A DNA stretch of 33,771 bases from Chiloscyllium plagiosum. Its lineage: Eukaryota. The position numbers were made by a program, and so were the translations under genes. The stretch lies in the NCBI RefSeq assembly GCF_004010195.1, contig NC_057728.1:43854766-43888536 (forward strand). The letters run 5' to 3'. The notes beneath the pieces are model-generated. The model was not told the DNA's origin. It saw only the letters and a program-made list of their open reading frames with translations, and searched no databases. Positions 1-10,620 of this stretch are shown here, in pieces. How positions within the stretch are numbered: the stretch's first letter is position 1; the number at the start of each line of letters is the position of its first letter.

Positions 1-477
1 GAAGGATGTGGAAGCTTTGGAGAGGGTGCAGAGAAGATTTACCAGGATGTTGCCTGGAATGGAGAGGAAGTCGTACGAGGATAGGTTGAGAGTTCTCGGC
101 CTTTTCTCGTTGGAACGGCGAAGGATGAGGGGTGACTTGATAGAGGTTTATAAGATGATCAGGGGAATAGATAGAGTAGACAGTCAGAGACTTTTTCCCC
201 GGGTACAACAGAGTGTTACAAGGGGACATAAATTTAAGGTGAAGGGTGGAAGGTATAGGGGAGATGTCAGGGGTGGGTTCTTTACCCAGAGAGTGGTGGG
301 GGCATGGAATGCGCTGCCCGTGGGAGTGGTGGAGTCGGAATCATTGGCGACCTTTAAGCGGCATTTGGATAGGTACATGGATGGGTACTTAATCTAGGTT
401 AGAAGTTCGGCACAACATCGTGGGCCGAAGGGCCTGTTCTGTGCTGTATTGTTCTATGTTCTATGTTCTATCTATGC
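1..477 (+). mobile_element. CR1-clade LINE, 3' end (ORF2 C-terminus, 3' UTR and (TTCTATG)n tail)
   Basis: ORF 8..397 has the CR1 ORF2 C-terminal motifs LERVQRRFTRMLPG, LFSLERRRMRGDLIEVYK, TRGH and FFTQRVVGAWNALP. It is followed by gggccgaagggcctgtt and a ttctatg tandem tail (451-477). Confidence 0.93.
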
Positions 478-1038
478 ACTAGAATGGTTAGGCTTGTGAC
501 ATATACAATATGAACACCACACCTCAGGAAACTACAGAATTCTGGTGCAGGACTCAGATTACATTGGAATGGATGTAAATTTCAAGCCTACTGGGAGGTC
601 TAAGAGGAGATTGGAGCTGCCAATTGTGATGCAAGGGAGAATCAGAAGAAAAATTGCAAAGGTTAGATCGAGCACTTCCACATCTTTGTGATGCAAAAGA
701 ACATCTCTGGCCATTACATGTGGTATTATATGATAATTTAATAAAGTATAATACTTACAACATTTTCTATGCTCAGCTATGATTCGACCGATAAATAACA
801 AATTACTCCCACAAGTAGTATTAATGTTTCACGGACATACATTATGATTCTTCAGCTTGCCATTGTACATGTTAGTAGCTTTCTCAAACAAAGGAGAATT
901 ATAAAACCTGTTAGCATCTGTTAGAAAGAATGTACACTGGACAAAATCTGAGATATGCAGGTGGCAAAACACGATAGGAAAAAATATTTATAAATACCAA
1001 AAGATATAGATAAGATGAAACATATTACCAATACGTAC

Positions 1039-1234
1039 AAAATGGCCCTTCCGACATGCCAAATGCAGTGATCCATTGCCAGAGACTGATTCTTTTGAAT
1101 GGATAACATCAATACATGAATCCTTGAAAAACTGAACCATATTTTTCACAACTTGGAAGTCACCATTTTTTATCGCTTGTAAGAAAGTTTGCTGCCAATA
1201 GCCTGGGCTGCCAGGAAATACTTGGTACAAAACA
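1039..1234 (-). CDS. Exon of an unidentified minus-strand gene, start of an ankyrin-repeat region (VLYQVFPGSPGYWQQTFLQAIKNGDFQVVKNMVQFFKDSCIDVIHSKESVSGNGSLHLACRKGHF)
   Basis: Acceptor tttctttatcag, donor GTACGT, 196 nt, phase 2 to 0. FLQAIKNGDFQVVK and GNGSLHLACRKGH match ankyrin consensus. Phase matches exon 1845-1894 (TG|T = Cys). Confidence 0.8.
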
Positions 1235-1490
1235 CTGATAAAGAAATATATTGTAGTTATTTACTATATGACAATTTTTAAAACGGAAGCTATTCAGTGA
1301 ACTACAAAATTTTTTTCTTAGTTCATGCAATGTGGGTGTTACTGGCTAAGCTGACATTTATTGAGCATTCTTAATTGTCCTGGTGAAGATGGTAATGAGC
1401 TATATTTTGTAACTACTGCACTCCTTAGGTTGCATAAACACCCAAATACTGTTCGAAGGAGTTCCCGAATTTTAATCTAGCAACAGTGTA

Positions 1491-1612
1491 GTTCTGAAGA
1501 AGAGTCATATGGGACTCAGAACTTTAACTTTCTCCACAGATGTTGCCAGACTGCTGAGTTTCTCCATCATTCCCTGTGTTTCAGATTTTCAACATCCACA
1601 GCATTTTGCTTT
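1491..1612 (+). mobile_element. Short Penelope-derived repeat (pLTR-like) with a degenerate hammerhead motif
   Basis: CTGAAGA-A-GAGTC-atatgg-GACTC-agaac, then cagatgttgccagactgctgagtttctcca, which resembles the pLTR ends elsewhere in the window. Confidence 0.55.
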
Positions 1613-1844
1613 TAATCTTCTGTTGTAACTGCATCAAATTGACACCTCATTTTTACATATGTCTGGTACTACTCTTGAAGTGCCCTCCTGCATCCTTCAT
1701 TCAACTAGGGCTAAGGCCCTGGCTTGATGGTAGAGTTGTGATATCCCAAGCAATGAGGTTATGGATAAGGTTTACTGAGGTTACAAATCTCTTATAATAC
1801 AATATTCACATGCAAGTCATTTCCATCATTGTTTCTGTACTTAC

Positions 1845-1894
1845 CACATGTTCATCTTCAGTTTCTTATTTCTTGTTTTACTTTCAAAAAATAA
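1845..1894 (-). CDS. Exon of the same gene (LFFESKTRNKKLKMNM)
   Basis: Acceptor ttttgtttgctgatag, donor GTAAGT, 50 nt, phase 0 to 2, compatible with both neighbours. Confidence 0.75.
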
Positions 1895-1985
1895 CTATCA
1901 GCAAACAAAACAAATTTTAGTTGATGTAATGTGATAAACTTAATCTGTAACAAAAATAGGGAGGTTAACCCAATATAGTACTTAC

Positions 1986-2096
1986 ATGATAATCTGGATA
2001 AGCATTTGGATTAACCTCAACCACACCAGTTAATGGAAGTTTCAAGATCCTTCGAACTGAGACTGAGTGCAAAATCGAAATGATAGTAAATCTAAT
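1986..2096 (-). CDS. Exon of the same gene (IRFTIISILHSVSVRRILKLPLTGVVEVNPNAYPDYH); an alternative acceptor would start it at 2109
   Basis: Strong donor GTAAGT, phase-0 end, 91 nt intron to the next exon, open frame. The acceptor is uncertain: AAG at 2097-2099 (phase 0) or AAG at 2110-2112 (phase 2). Confidence 0.65.
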
Positions 2097-2196
2097 CTTT
2101 CCACAGAATCTTTACATAATTCAAAAACATAGATAATTTTAATGTTTCCAAAAACTTGATACCAAAACCTTCCAAAATGATTCTTCCAAAACTTAC

Positions 2197-2347
2197 TAGA
2201 GCAAGGTATCTTTTGACAACTTTTATCAAAAGCTTAAAGTTGTTTTGCCCTGTGAGTTGCTAGAGGTGTGAGATCCTTATGGCACAGTGAGCACAATGAG
2301 GTACCTTGATATGAGCAAATGTGTATTCCCAATGACCCAATTTCAAT
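2197..2347 (-). pseudogene. Candidate exon with an in-frame TAG (LKLGHWEYTFAHIKVPHCAHCAIRISHL*QLTGQNNFKLLIKVVKRYLAL)
   Basis: Donor GTAAGT; 151 nt, phase 2 to 0, fitting exactly between exons 2977-3073 and 1986-2096. One stop at 2260-2262; weak GAG acceptor. Confidence 0.5.
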
Positions 2348-2559
2348 CTCAGAACGTGACCAATGAAATTTAAAGATTGAGGAATAAACAAGAGGAAGGA
2401 CAGAGAAGGCGGGCATAAAATTTACATTGGTGCCATCAGCAAGCTATTGTGGAATAGCATTCCTTAGCCTGCTGGTCTAATTTACATAAGATACAGATCA
2501 ATACTGAGTGTGCTTCAGGTCTAACCATTTTACAGCAGTGAATTCTGTCCGTCTAAATA

Positions 2560-2805
2560 TTGATGAATGAGTAAATATTGCTCAGGCACCAGAGATAACA
2601 CCCCAGCTTTTCTTTCAAATATTTCCCCAGGATCATTTTTGTCTGCCTGGGATGACATTCAGAACCTTGATTTAACATCTCACCTGAACAACATTACCTC
2701 TACTATCACAGTATTCCCTGTAGAATGTCAGCCTGGATGTTTGTGCTCAAACCCTCGACTAAATCTTGAACCCACAACCTTCAGCTTCATCGTTAAGGGT
2801 GTGAA
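2560..2805 (-). mobile_element. Old tRNA-derived SINE, Deu-domain-like
   Basis: gatttaacatctcacctgaa...cacagtattccct resembles the reverse complement of the Deu domain; cttgaacccac at the right end is a reverse B-box. Heavily diverged. Confidence 0.5.
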
Positions 2806-2976
2806 TAACTAAACTATCAGTCGCAATGTAAGACATATTAGAGTCAGGCTTTCAAAGGTTAAATAGAGATATGCTATCAGTTTTGTGCAACATATTTATA
2901 TATGTATGTTGCTAAGTGAAGGGGGCCAAAATAAATCTTCCACATGGTGTTGTACATGTCACTGGACTGTACTTAC

Positions 2977-3073
2977 ATAAGAGAATAATAAGCTTCTTTT
3001 GAAATGTGAGTGAGTAAGTTAGAAATCTGCACTTGTTTCAAATGTGGGTTGGAGCCTCTTTTACTCTGTCTGA
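2977..3073 (-). CDS. Exon of the same gene (RQSKRGSNPHLKQVQISNLLTHISKEAYYSL)
   Basis: Acceptor ccttttgtacttcctag, donor GTAAGT, 97 nt, phase 1 to 2, open frame; matches the phase-1 end of exon 3295-3464. Confidence 0.7.
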
Positions 3074-3294
3074 CTAGGAAGTACAAAAGGAATAAATGAT
3101 GTATATTTCAGGCTGAAACACAATTATGTATTGTTAAGATACAATAAATTGTCAATTCCTGAATGAGAAGTGGAAAATAATGACCATTCAGCACATTCTA
3201 CCTCATTATAAAACTCTTTTAATGTGCAAATTTAGTTTATCTCCAAACAGTTTAAAGTGTACTATATTGGTAAATGTTGACTTGTGACTGTTAC

Positions 3295-3464
3295 CATTAA
3301 TTTGATATCCTGAGAAATCTTCAACAAATTTCTTGGTCTTCTTATCCTGAAGAACTATTTTTCGACTTTCCGGGAAGGTCTCTTTCTCCGTTGCAAGATA
3401 GAAGCAATTAGTTTGTTTGAAAGCCATTGCCAATGACAAGCATAGATCATTCATTGACATATTC
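3295..3464 (-). CDS. Exon of the same gene (NMSMNDLCLSLAMAFKQTNCFYLATEKETFPESRKIVLQDKKTKKFVEDFSGYQIN)
   Basis: Long polypyrimidine acceptor (ttttgtttttag), donor GTAACA, 170 nt, phase 2 to 1; lies inside ORF 3206..3505. Confidence 0.65.
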
Positions 3465-3624
3465 CTAAAAACAAAATAAATAAAAATGAAAGAAAAAAAA
3501 TCCAATTAGGGCTGTTGGGGTGCTGAAGTCCATAATTTTCAAATAAGGAGGAAGTTGAAACACTTGGGGACACAGAATTAATGGTGATCAGCAATAATAA
3601 TAAGGCTATTGTGAGATAAAGATA

Positions 3625-3852
3625 AAGTTGCCTTAGTCTTACCAGACCATAGGGCTGCTCTCTCATTAGAGAGTGAGAGACAAACACATACAACTAGAAG
3701 TGAATTTAACCTGAGGATCACCATACCATCAGCAAGGGAAAGGTTGAGAAGGAGAATCCTTCGTGGTCAGCTCAGCCTGTGCAGGAATTAAGTTCATGCT
3801 CTTGAGATCACTTTGCATTGCAAACTAGCCATGTAGTCAATTGGGCTGAACT
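3625..3852 (-). mobile_element. Old SINE-like repeat
   Basis: gaccatagggctgctctc...tttaacctgaggatcacca...ggaattaa resembles the reverse complement of a tRNA-headed SINE. Recognised by eye only. Confidence 0.4.
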
Positions 3853-4289
3853 GGATAGTTGGTTTAATGCTGTGATCTGACTTTGCCCAGTTGTACAATC
3901 TCTCCTCGGCTGAGATATGATAATTTTGAAGTTAATCTACCACATATCTACCTCGAATGAAAAAGCAACCCAATGGTCCAGCAAGACTATAGCAAATTTA
4001 TTGTGGGATACAAGGTGATGAAAAAGCATTTAAAAAGTCACCATGAAGTAATAAGGACTAAGATTTTCAGCAGAGATTATATGAATTGGGAAAAGACTGA
4101 CAATGGTACAGGCATTGAAATATGCTCTTAAGGTGTTAAACAGCAAATGGCTAAATGAATTAAATAAAAGTTGTTTGGCCTGATTGAATGCTCCGGAAAA
4201 TAAATCAAGACAGGAGTAAGGATTTGCATTTTCTTTTAGAAGCTGAAGGTAGAATTTTTGTTTTTCAGCTGGTGAAATATTTGTCTTAC

Positions 4290-4337
4290 CCTGGTGGTTT
4301 GAAAATGTAGAAGGCTGCGAGAATATGTAATGGAGAT
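4290..4337 (-). CDS. Candidate 48 nt exon (LHYIFSQPSTFSNHQ if phase 1)
   Basis: Acceptor gttttcactgcag, donor GTAAGA. All three frames are open, so the frame is undetermined. Confidence 0.35.
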
Positions 4338-4957
4338 CTGCAGTGAAAACTTATATAGTAGCAACATCATTTTAATAAGTGCATAATCATATTGCAATGC
4401 TAAGCCCAACAATGAAAATGTGCAAGACCAAAATTTATGAGATTTCCTAGTACAGAGTATGAAATAGGGTTTCTTTCACATAATTTAAACAAAATACTAT
4501 TGAAATCTTATGAAGGAATGGCAAGTGACAGGAGATGCTTAAACCAAATCTGCTAATCCTCTCATCCCATATTGTACAATAATGATCCTCAAGGTATGAT
4601 GAGATGAGTCATAATTACAAGTCACATGCATTATACTGCATAGCATGGCAGACCTAACAGTACAAAAATTGGCATCCATGAGAGGTTACAAGCCACTTAT
4701 AACAGCATGATTATACACAACCACAATATTAAATCCTGGCACATCCCTTAATCCTGTACTATTATCAAACAAATAACCCATACTAGCTCAATGGGAAATG
4801 CATAGGTATGTGCCAAAAACAGCTGCATGAGGTTTAATAACCCATCTAAATTGTCCAAATGTTTCCCTGAATAGAGTATGAATTTTCTAGGCATTTCTGC
4901 TAGCTCTTTAGATATGCAATATCTATAGGATGTGGTACAACAATTCAGCAAACATAC

Positions 4958-5026
4958 CTGGATGGACCTTTTCAGCCCTCTCCCTTTCACCAAGGACAAA
5001 AAAAGGGAACATATCATCTGATTCCC
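4958..5026 (-). CDS. Candidate 69 nt exon (ESDDMFPFFVLGERERAEKVHP if phase 1)
   Basis: Acceptor aatttgcag, donor CAG|GTATGT; symmetric length, open in phases 0 and 1. Confidence 0.4.
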
Positions 5027-6752
5027 CTGCAAATTATACATCATGATATACATCATATCATGATATGAACACAACCTACTGCTCCCTGGTTATTGATCGA
5101 GCATAATCCTGGAAATCCTATTATCATTCTGGCAAGTATCTTCAGTAGAAAAGGTTCAGAAGTCCAAGGAGAAAACGTTCCACCACTTTCTCAAGGTATT
5201 TGTATACAGTCCTTGTGATAATTGCAGACTTAGTGCATAACTATATTTCATGTGCAAATAAATTGTTGCCATTTTAGCTCAAAATTATTTCCTTGCAAAT
5301 ACACCAATACTGATGTTCTAAATATTGCTTACCACTTGCTGATGATAAATTTTATTTCATTTGCTGAATTAACATTTTACTGGCCAAAATAGTTTATTTA
5401 ACTGTCACTTGAGAAAATCAATGTCTGAGAAGGCACAAAAAGTTTCCTTAGTCAGTTATAAGAGGTAGAAAACTGCAAAGGATCAAATATAGTATAGTTT
5501 ACTGCCAAATGATTATAGAAGCTGGGATAGTTATAATGATTTTATGAAAAGCTGCATCATTGCATTGTTTCTCAGCTCAGTGCTGGATTCCAAGCTAGAT
5601 GGAGGATGAAATGTTCTGTTTCCAATGTATGGTAATATTAATTTATTGTTTGAACAATGGGTATATGGGCAAAATACAAATCCTATCAAGGATAAGAGAC
5701 ATTTTCTAATTGAAATTTGTTCTTGGTGACAGACAATATCACTACAGATAACAAATTGTAAATCCGTAAATGAGGATAAAAAACATTAAATGGATTCTCT
5801 TGCTTTTATTGCAGATTACTGATACACAGAACATGAACACAGGTTTCTCTTGGCTTAATAAATCTATTCAAATGCTTTCAAGCATCACCAGGAGCAATTA
5901 ACATTCGCCTGCAAGCAAAGTACCCCCTTTTACCATGACAATAAACTTGTCTGATTTAGAGAAAGGTTTAATTACTGTTAGACTATTACAGTCAGCAGAG
6001 CATTAAAAGATGCTCTGCACCATCCTTTTTTATTCCAGGCACAGGATTATTTTGACAGAATTGACAGCGATTCCTGATAGTGGGAATGCCCCCAGGATAT
6101 CACCGTGACAACGACTCACTGCAAGCACACTGCTTCAAATAGGATCGCCCAGAGGGCAATATTGACATTTCTGTTTTTTCCTATTATTGTTTCTTTCCTC
6201 CTATTTCTTTCCTCGAGTTCTATGCCTACACTACAAATGTGTATCATTTCCCTGAGGAACTTGACCAAAACCACTCCCAGACAGCTACTAACTGCAACAT
6301 TTAAGTAGCTCCTAGAAGAGTCATCCAGGTTACATACCTCAGAATTTCTCTCCATTTTTTTTCACTCTACGGGTAGCTTTGTATTTGTAACCATTTCCAA
6401 TCAACATAGCTACAAGCTAAAAAATTGTCAGAAGGAGAGGTATGGCAGTAGGGAAGCCTTTTTTTTTAATCAGAGTAACTTGTGTTTTGTTTATAAATCA
6501 TAACCACAAAATGAACTCAACTGTTCCTTCTACAGATGCTGCTTATCTTGCTTCCAGTAATTTATTCCCCAAATCTCTCTTGCCTGTTGGTGAGGCAGGT
6601 TAAAATTGAGGTATCTGCTTCCACAATCTGATGAAGCTACTATGGAGTGGAAACTGATCTTTGAAAATTCCCAGCAACTTTCTGATGCATTGGCAATGAA
6701 TAGACATCCACTGCAGGATTAAATAGCAACTAACATAAAGTCTGGTGAGCGG

Positions 6753-6982
6753 TGTAGTGATTATAACAAGGTCAGCCAGGTGGACGTCATAGAATGTGCT
6801 CCCTGATTGGGGCTCCTAGCCTGGTCCATTCAGGGACCCCTGGCTGACAGATATAAACAGGAGTGTCAGTGTTCACTCTCTGAGAGCTGACTCTGAGGAA
6901 ACTGGATCACTGTCAAGGATCTCCACATGTAAATAAAGGGTGACTTTGGTGTTGGGATACTGGTCTCTGAGGCGTTATTTCA
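6753..6982 (+). mobile_element. Probable solo LTR (~230 bp)
   Basis: Begins TGTAGTG and ends TTTCA, with internal TATAAA (~6852) and AATAAA (~6932) in LTR order. No clear TSD. Confidence 0.5.
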
Positions 6983-8142
6983 GGAGTAGTTCTCACTGAA
7001 GTCCATTGAGCTTTCTGACAGTCAGATTAAGCCAAGGGCAGCCTCCTACAACAACCCAGGAGACTGCTGTGGTAATGTGTTTGTCTAAGATGACCTTGGT
7101 CAGGGGTACTTGCCTCTGCAGTCTAAAGGGATGGGTCATGGGCACTCCTTTAGCTCCATAGTGCATAAATTGAGGATAAAATACAAGCCATTGTCACCCA
7201 TTTCACCAAAATGGCCTCAATAGGTTTGCTTCTTTTTCTCCCATTCACTGTGTCTCAGTGTACCTCCTTGTTCCGCAGCTGGGGTGGAAAGGATCCTACT
7301 TGGAAGTGGAGTCAATTAGCCCTGGAGGTTTAGTGAGGTGACCTGGGGATGTTTATATCTTGACAGGTCACAGATGCTGAGTGTCTTCCTGCCAGAGGCA
7401 AGTTGTTCATCCTCAGCCTGAACTTCCAAGGGTTCAGGGATGGCATGTAGCGTAGAGGTGGAGTGCCCAACCACCTTCCGAATGGAAAGTGCAGAGGGGC
7501 CTATGTGTGGTTACTTCATCATATGGTATTCTCCTGGCATTAGTCTGTCTCCTTGTGAGGAAGGGACAGGTGGCCTGGGATCAAGGTTCACCACCTATTC
7601 CTGTTGCCATGACTTCTGTCCCTGAGGACCAATGGATGAGGTGTTGGAGACAATGTTTGTGCACATCTCCAGCAGCTTCTGGCTCTTCATGGCAGCTGAT
7701 AACCTCTCCACGGAGTTAGATGAGTGGTTGCAGAGTTCCCTGCACTGATGCACCTTCTGATTAATGCAAGCCATTGCATTCCAGATGCCTGTCTGCTATC
7801 TCTGTGCTTGTAGATGAAATCCCTGATTGTTTAAACCATAGGGACCTCTCCTGCCTTGGGCTAAGCAGTTGCTTGGACTCTAACAGTCATCCAAGGGCCG
7901 GTGGTGTTTCAGAGCAGTCACAGTAGGGGGCTCACCAGATTGTATTGAAACCCAATGTTCCCACCAAGTTGACAGTATGTGGGCTGGTTGAGTGTTGCAA
8001 GATGCAGGCTGAAGTCTTGCCAATGGTTTCTCTGAGGCCTTAGTACTATTGTCTTCGGACATCCAGGGGATGGCCTCTGCCGGAGAAGGATGTTTCTCTG
8101 CATAGGCCATCAAGAGGCTGATTGTACCTGCAAGGCACAAAG

Positions 8143-9010
8143 TCAAAGAAGGCATTGGAACCAATGAATGAGACTTACAGTGTAGTTAATGGAAGAGTGG
8201 CAGCAGAATGAAGAGTGGAACTTATCCATTTGGTGGGATATGGATGTTTCTGCAGCCTTGGTCTTCTCCTTGTAGGGGGCAAGAAGCTGAAGGTTGGGGG
8301 AACCACCACCACGACGTGTGCAACACACACACACACCTCTCTCTCTAGAAGTACCACTCTTCATTCCCTTGCCACACTCCCACTAAATACACTGCAGGTC
8401 TCATTCATTGTACACTACTTATAATCATGGCTCCAATGTCATCTTTCTCTCTCTTGTGTCTTGCACGTACAGGCAGCTTTGCTCTTCCCTGTTAATTGCT
8501 CTTTTCTCCTGTACCAACAGAAAGAGCAGAATGAGTGAGAGATCAGTGGAAGACATGGCTGATAGTGCTGCTGCACATGGGGATGAGATAGTGAGGTGTT
8601 TTGAGGAAATAAGGAGGCAGCACAGAGGGCAATGCGGGGTTAGTAGTGTGGGAGGTTGGCAGGGAATGAATGAGGGAAATTGTTGTATGTAATAATAAGT
8701 GGCAAAGCATGAGCCTTGGTGAGAGGTGGGTTTATTGGCAGAGTTAGAGTGAGTGTGAGGGAGCAGACAGAAATGTGTGACACTGACCCAGGGGCAGCTG
8801 AGAAGGTCACTGACTTTGTTGCAGCATTGCTGGCCAATTCTTCACATCCTGGAGATGGTGCTGACCAGGATAACAACACTAGACCAGGCTGGCAGGATCT
8901 GGTGGCACAGCCTCCTCAGCTAGTCTTCCGGGAAAAGAACTCCTCTCCTCTTCACCACCCCATCCAGCACGACCTCCGGGTCCGTTTCATAGAATCTCAG
9001 TGCCATCTTT
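8143..9010 (-). mobile_element. Decayed Myb/SANT-like gene of a PIF/Harbinger-type transposon
   Basis: Minus-strand fragments RFYETDPEVVLDGVVKRRGVLFPED, AW..VV..VS, GQQCCNKVSDLL and RRGGGSPNLQLLAPYKEK resemble Harbinger Myb/SANT (NAIF1-like) proteins, with stops and frameshifts. Element ends not defined. Confidence 0.55.
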
Positions 9011-9060
9011 ACCGTTTCATCCATGTTCAAACTATGAAGTGAAGATGCTGGTGTTTGACT

Positions 9061-9268
9061 GGGGTGGACATAGTCAGAAGTCACACAACACCAGGTTATA
9101 TCCAACAAGTTTATTTAAAGACACAAGCTTTCGGAGTGCTGCTCCTTTGTCAGATGAAGTCAACCTGAAGTCACCTTATGCAGGAGCAGCACTCCGAAAG
9201 GTTGTGATTTTAAATCAATCTGCCGGACTATAACCTGGTGTCACGTGACTTCTGACCATGTTCTAACC
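9061..9268. mobile_element. ~200 bp palindromic Penelope-type mini-element with two inverted hammerhead motifs
   Basis: Arms gtcagaagtcac..acaccaggttata...ctttcggagtgctgctcct and aggagcagcactccgaaag...tataacctggtgt..gtgacttctgac are reverse complements. Each arm has a CTGANGA-like core, a GGAG/CTCC stem and GAAA. Confidence 0.75.
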
Positions 9269-9694
9269 ATATCATTTGATGGACAGGGCAACTTCGGACT
9301 GTCAGCACTTGTCCCAGTGAACAGGAGATGCAAGAGATGTTGGTCTTTTGGCAGCTATCTGCTGCATGGGGAGTCATTTCAGGAATGGCAAGATGGGGTG
9401 CAAATCGGATGTGACAGATACCATAGGGGTGGAGTAGATAATTAATGTGAAACTCAGCACAATTCAGTCATAGTCAAAGAAATATATGATTCAGCACTTA
9501 ATCACCACAACTATATTTATCCTCACATTTGTAATATCTTATATTGACTTCAAATATTGCACCTGCTGCAGAAGGATCTTTTTCTTTAACCGCTGGTCAT
9601 GACAATTTCTTTGCCAATGGACATTTTAATGTTTTCTCCGATTTTATCAGGCTTTTGAGGATGCGATTATGATGTTACACTGGTCTCAACACTG

Positions 9695-9823
9695 CTAGAA
9701 TGTAGTAGATGGGAGTCTTGAAATCATCAAGAATATTTCCTCAATTTCACTATGGCTGCTATATAATGACATCATGAACACAGCAGTATCACAACAATAT
9801 CTTGTTCTTCCTCGTAAAGTTAA
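9695..9823 (-). CDS. Exon (LTLRGRTRYCCDTAVFMMSLYSSHSEIEEIFLMISRLPSTTF*): either a terminal exon or a disrupted internal exon running to 9563
   Basis: Acceptor ttcttgtttacag, phase 0, matching exon 10571-10620. TAG at 9695-9697; a donor-like CAG|GTGCAA lies at 9563. Confidence 0.6.
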   Translation of the reverse strand, partial: LTLRGRTRYCCDTAVFMMSLYSSHSEIEEIFLMISRLPSTTF

Positions 9824-10570
9824 CTGTAAACAAGAATATCAGAGAATGTGGAATAATGGAACAGAAGTGTAGAACTGCACCACCTTGTGGTGTAGAATAT
9901 CATTCGCAATGCATGAATGTATTGTAATTTGGCCAGACTTGTATGGTCATTGATAATGAACTGTCAGAATTCAGCATGATTGTCTCGGAGACTGACCAAA
10001 ACTTCAAGGTGCCTGACATGAGCAGATTTTCACAGAAATCCTAAAGCTGTGAACTGTCACTCAAAGTTCCAAAACAGGGTACATAGTGAGCATCACACTG
10101 TGACTCCTCGGTAAAGAACATAGCAATCAGTTGCTGTACAGGGATAGGTGTGAAAAGGTCATCAGAAAGATTTTGTGAGATTTACTTTGTGGTCAATGTG
10201 AGAATCCTGTTTCTCTCCTGACCAGAAAATGGTGCCATTATTTATATAATTTTGAAATCATTTTTTTTGTGAAATATTTCTTTATTTATCTTTCATATTT
10301 ATTTTAACATATCTTAATCTTTTTTCAATGTATCATCTTTTGCAATATCATCTTAACCCTCCACACAGTGTGTACTTAATAAAAAGGGAGAGACTGAGAA
10401 ACAATTTACATTCCTTTACCAATGATGCTTCATAACCAGCTGCTCACTGACACACAACTGTAATTTAAGCTTATTCACCCTTCAATTTTCACTTCCTAAT
10501 GAAATCTAGCACCAACACTTAAAGGAAAAAAACTATTGAAAAGAAATTCCTATTCAGTACACAAAAATAC

Positions 10571-10620
10571 CTTCCGACTGTACTCAGTTTTCAATATCTG
10601 GACTGTAATTTTTGATAGCC
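10571..10620 (-). CDS. Exon (LSKITVQILKTEYSRK)
   Basis: Acceptor tttgtttcatag, donor AAG|GTATTT, 50 nt, phase 1 to 0, compatible on both sides. Confidence 0.65.

Noticed and set aside
559..920. Possible further exons downstream of the ankyrin exon (donors at 759 and 841; ORF 559..801)
   Set aside because: No acceptor gives a phase-0 open frame continuing from KGHF; LFEKATNMYNGKLKNHN would need a frameshift.
5333..5363. Micro-exon candidate (NEIKFIISK) with a GTAAGC donor
   Set aside because: It could bridge phase 1 to 2 but is too short, with a weak acceptor, to tell from chance.
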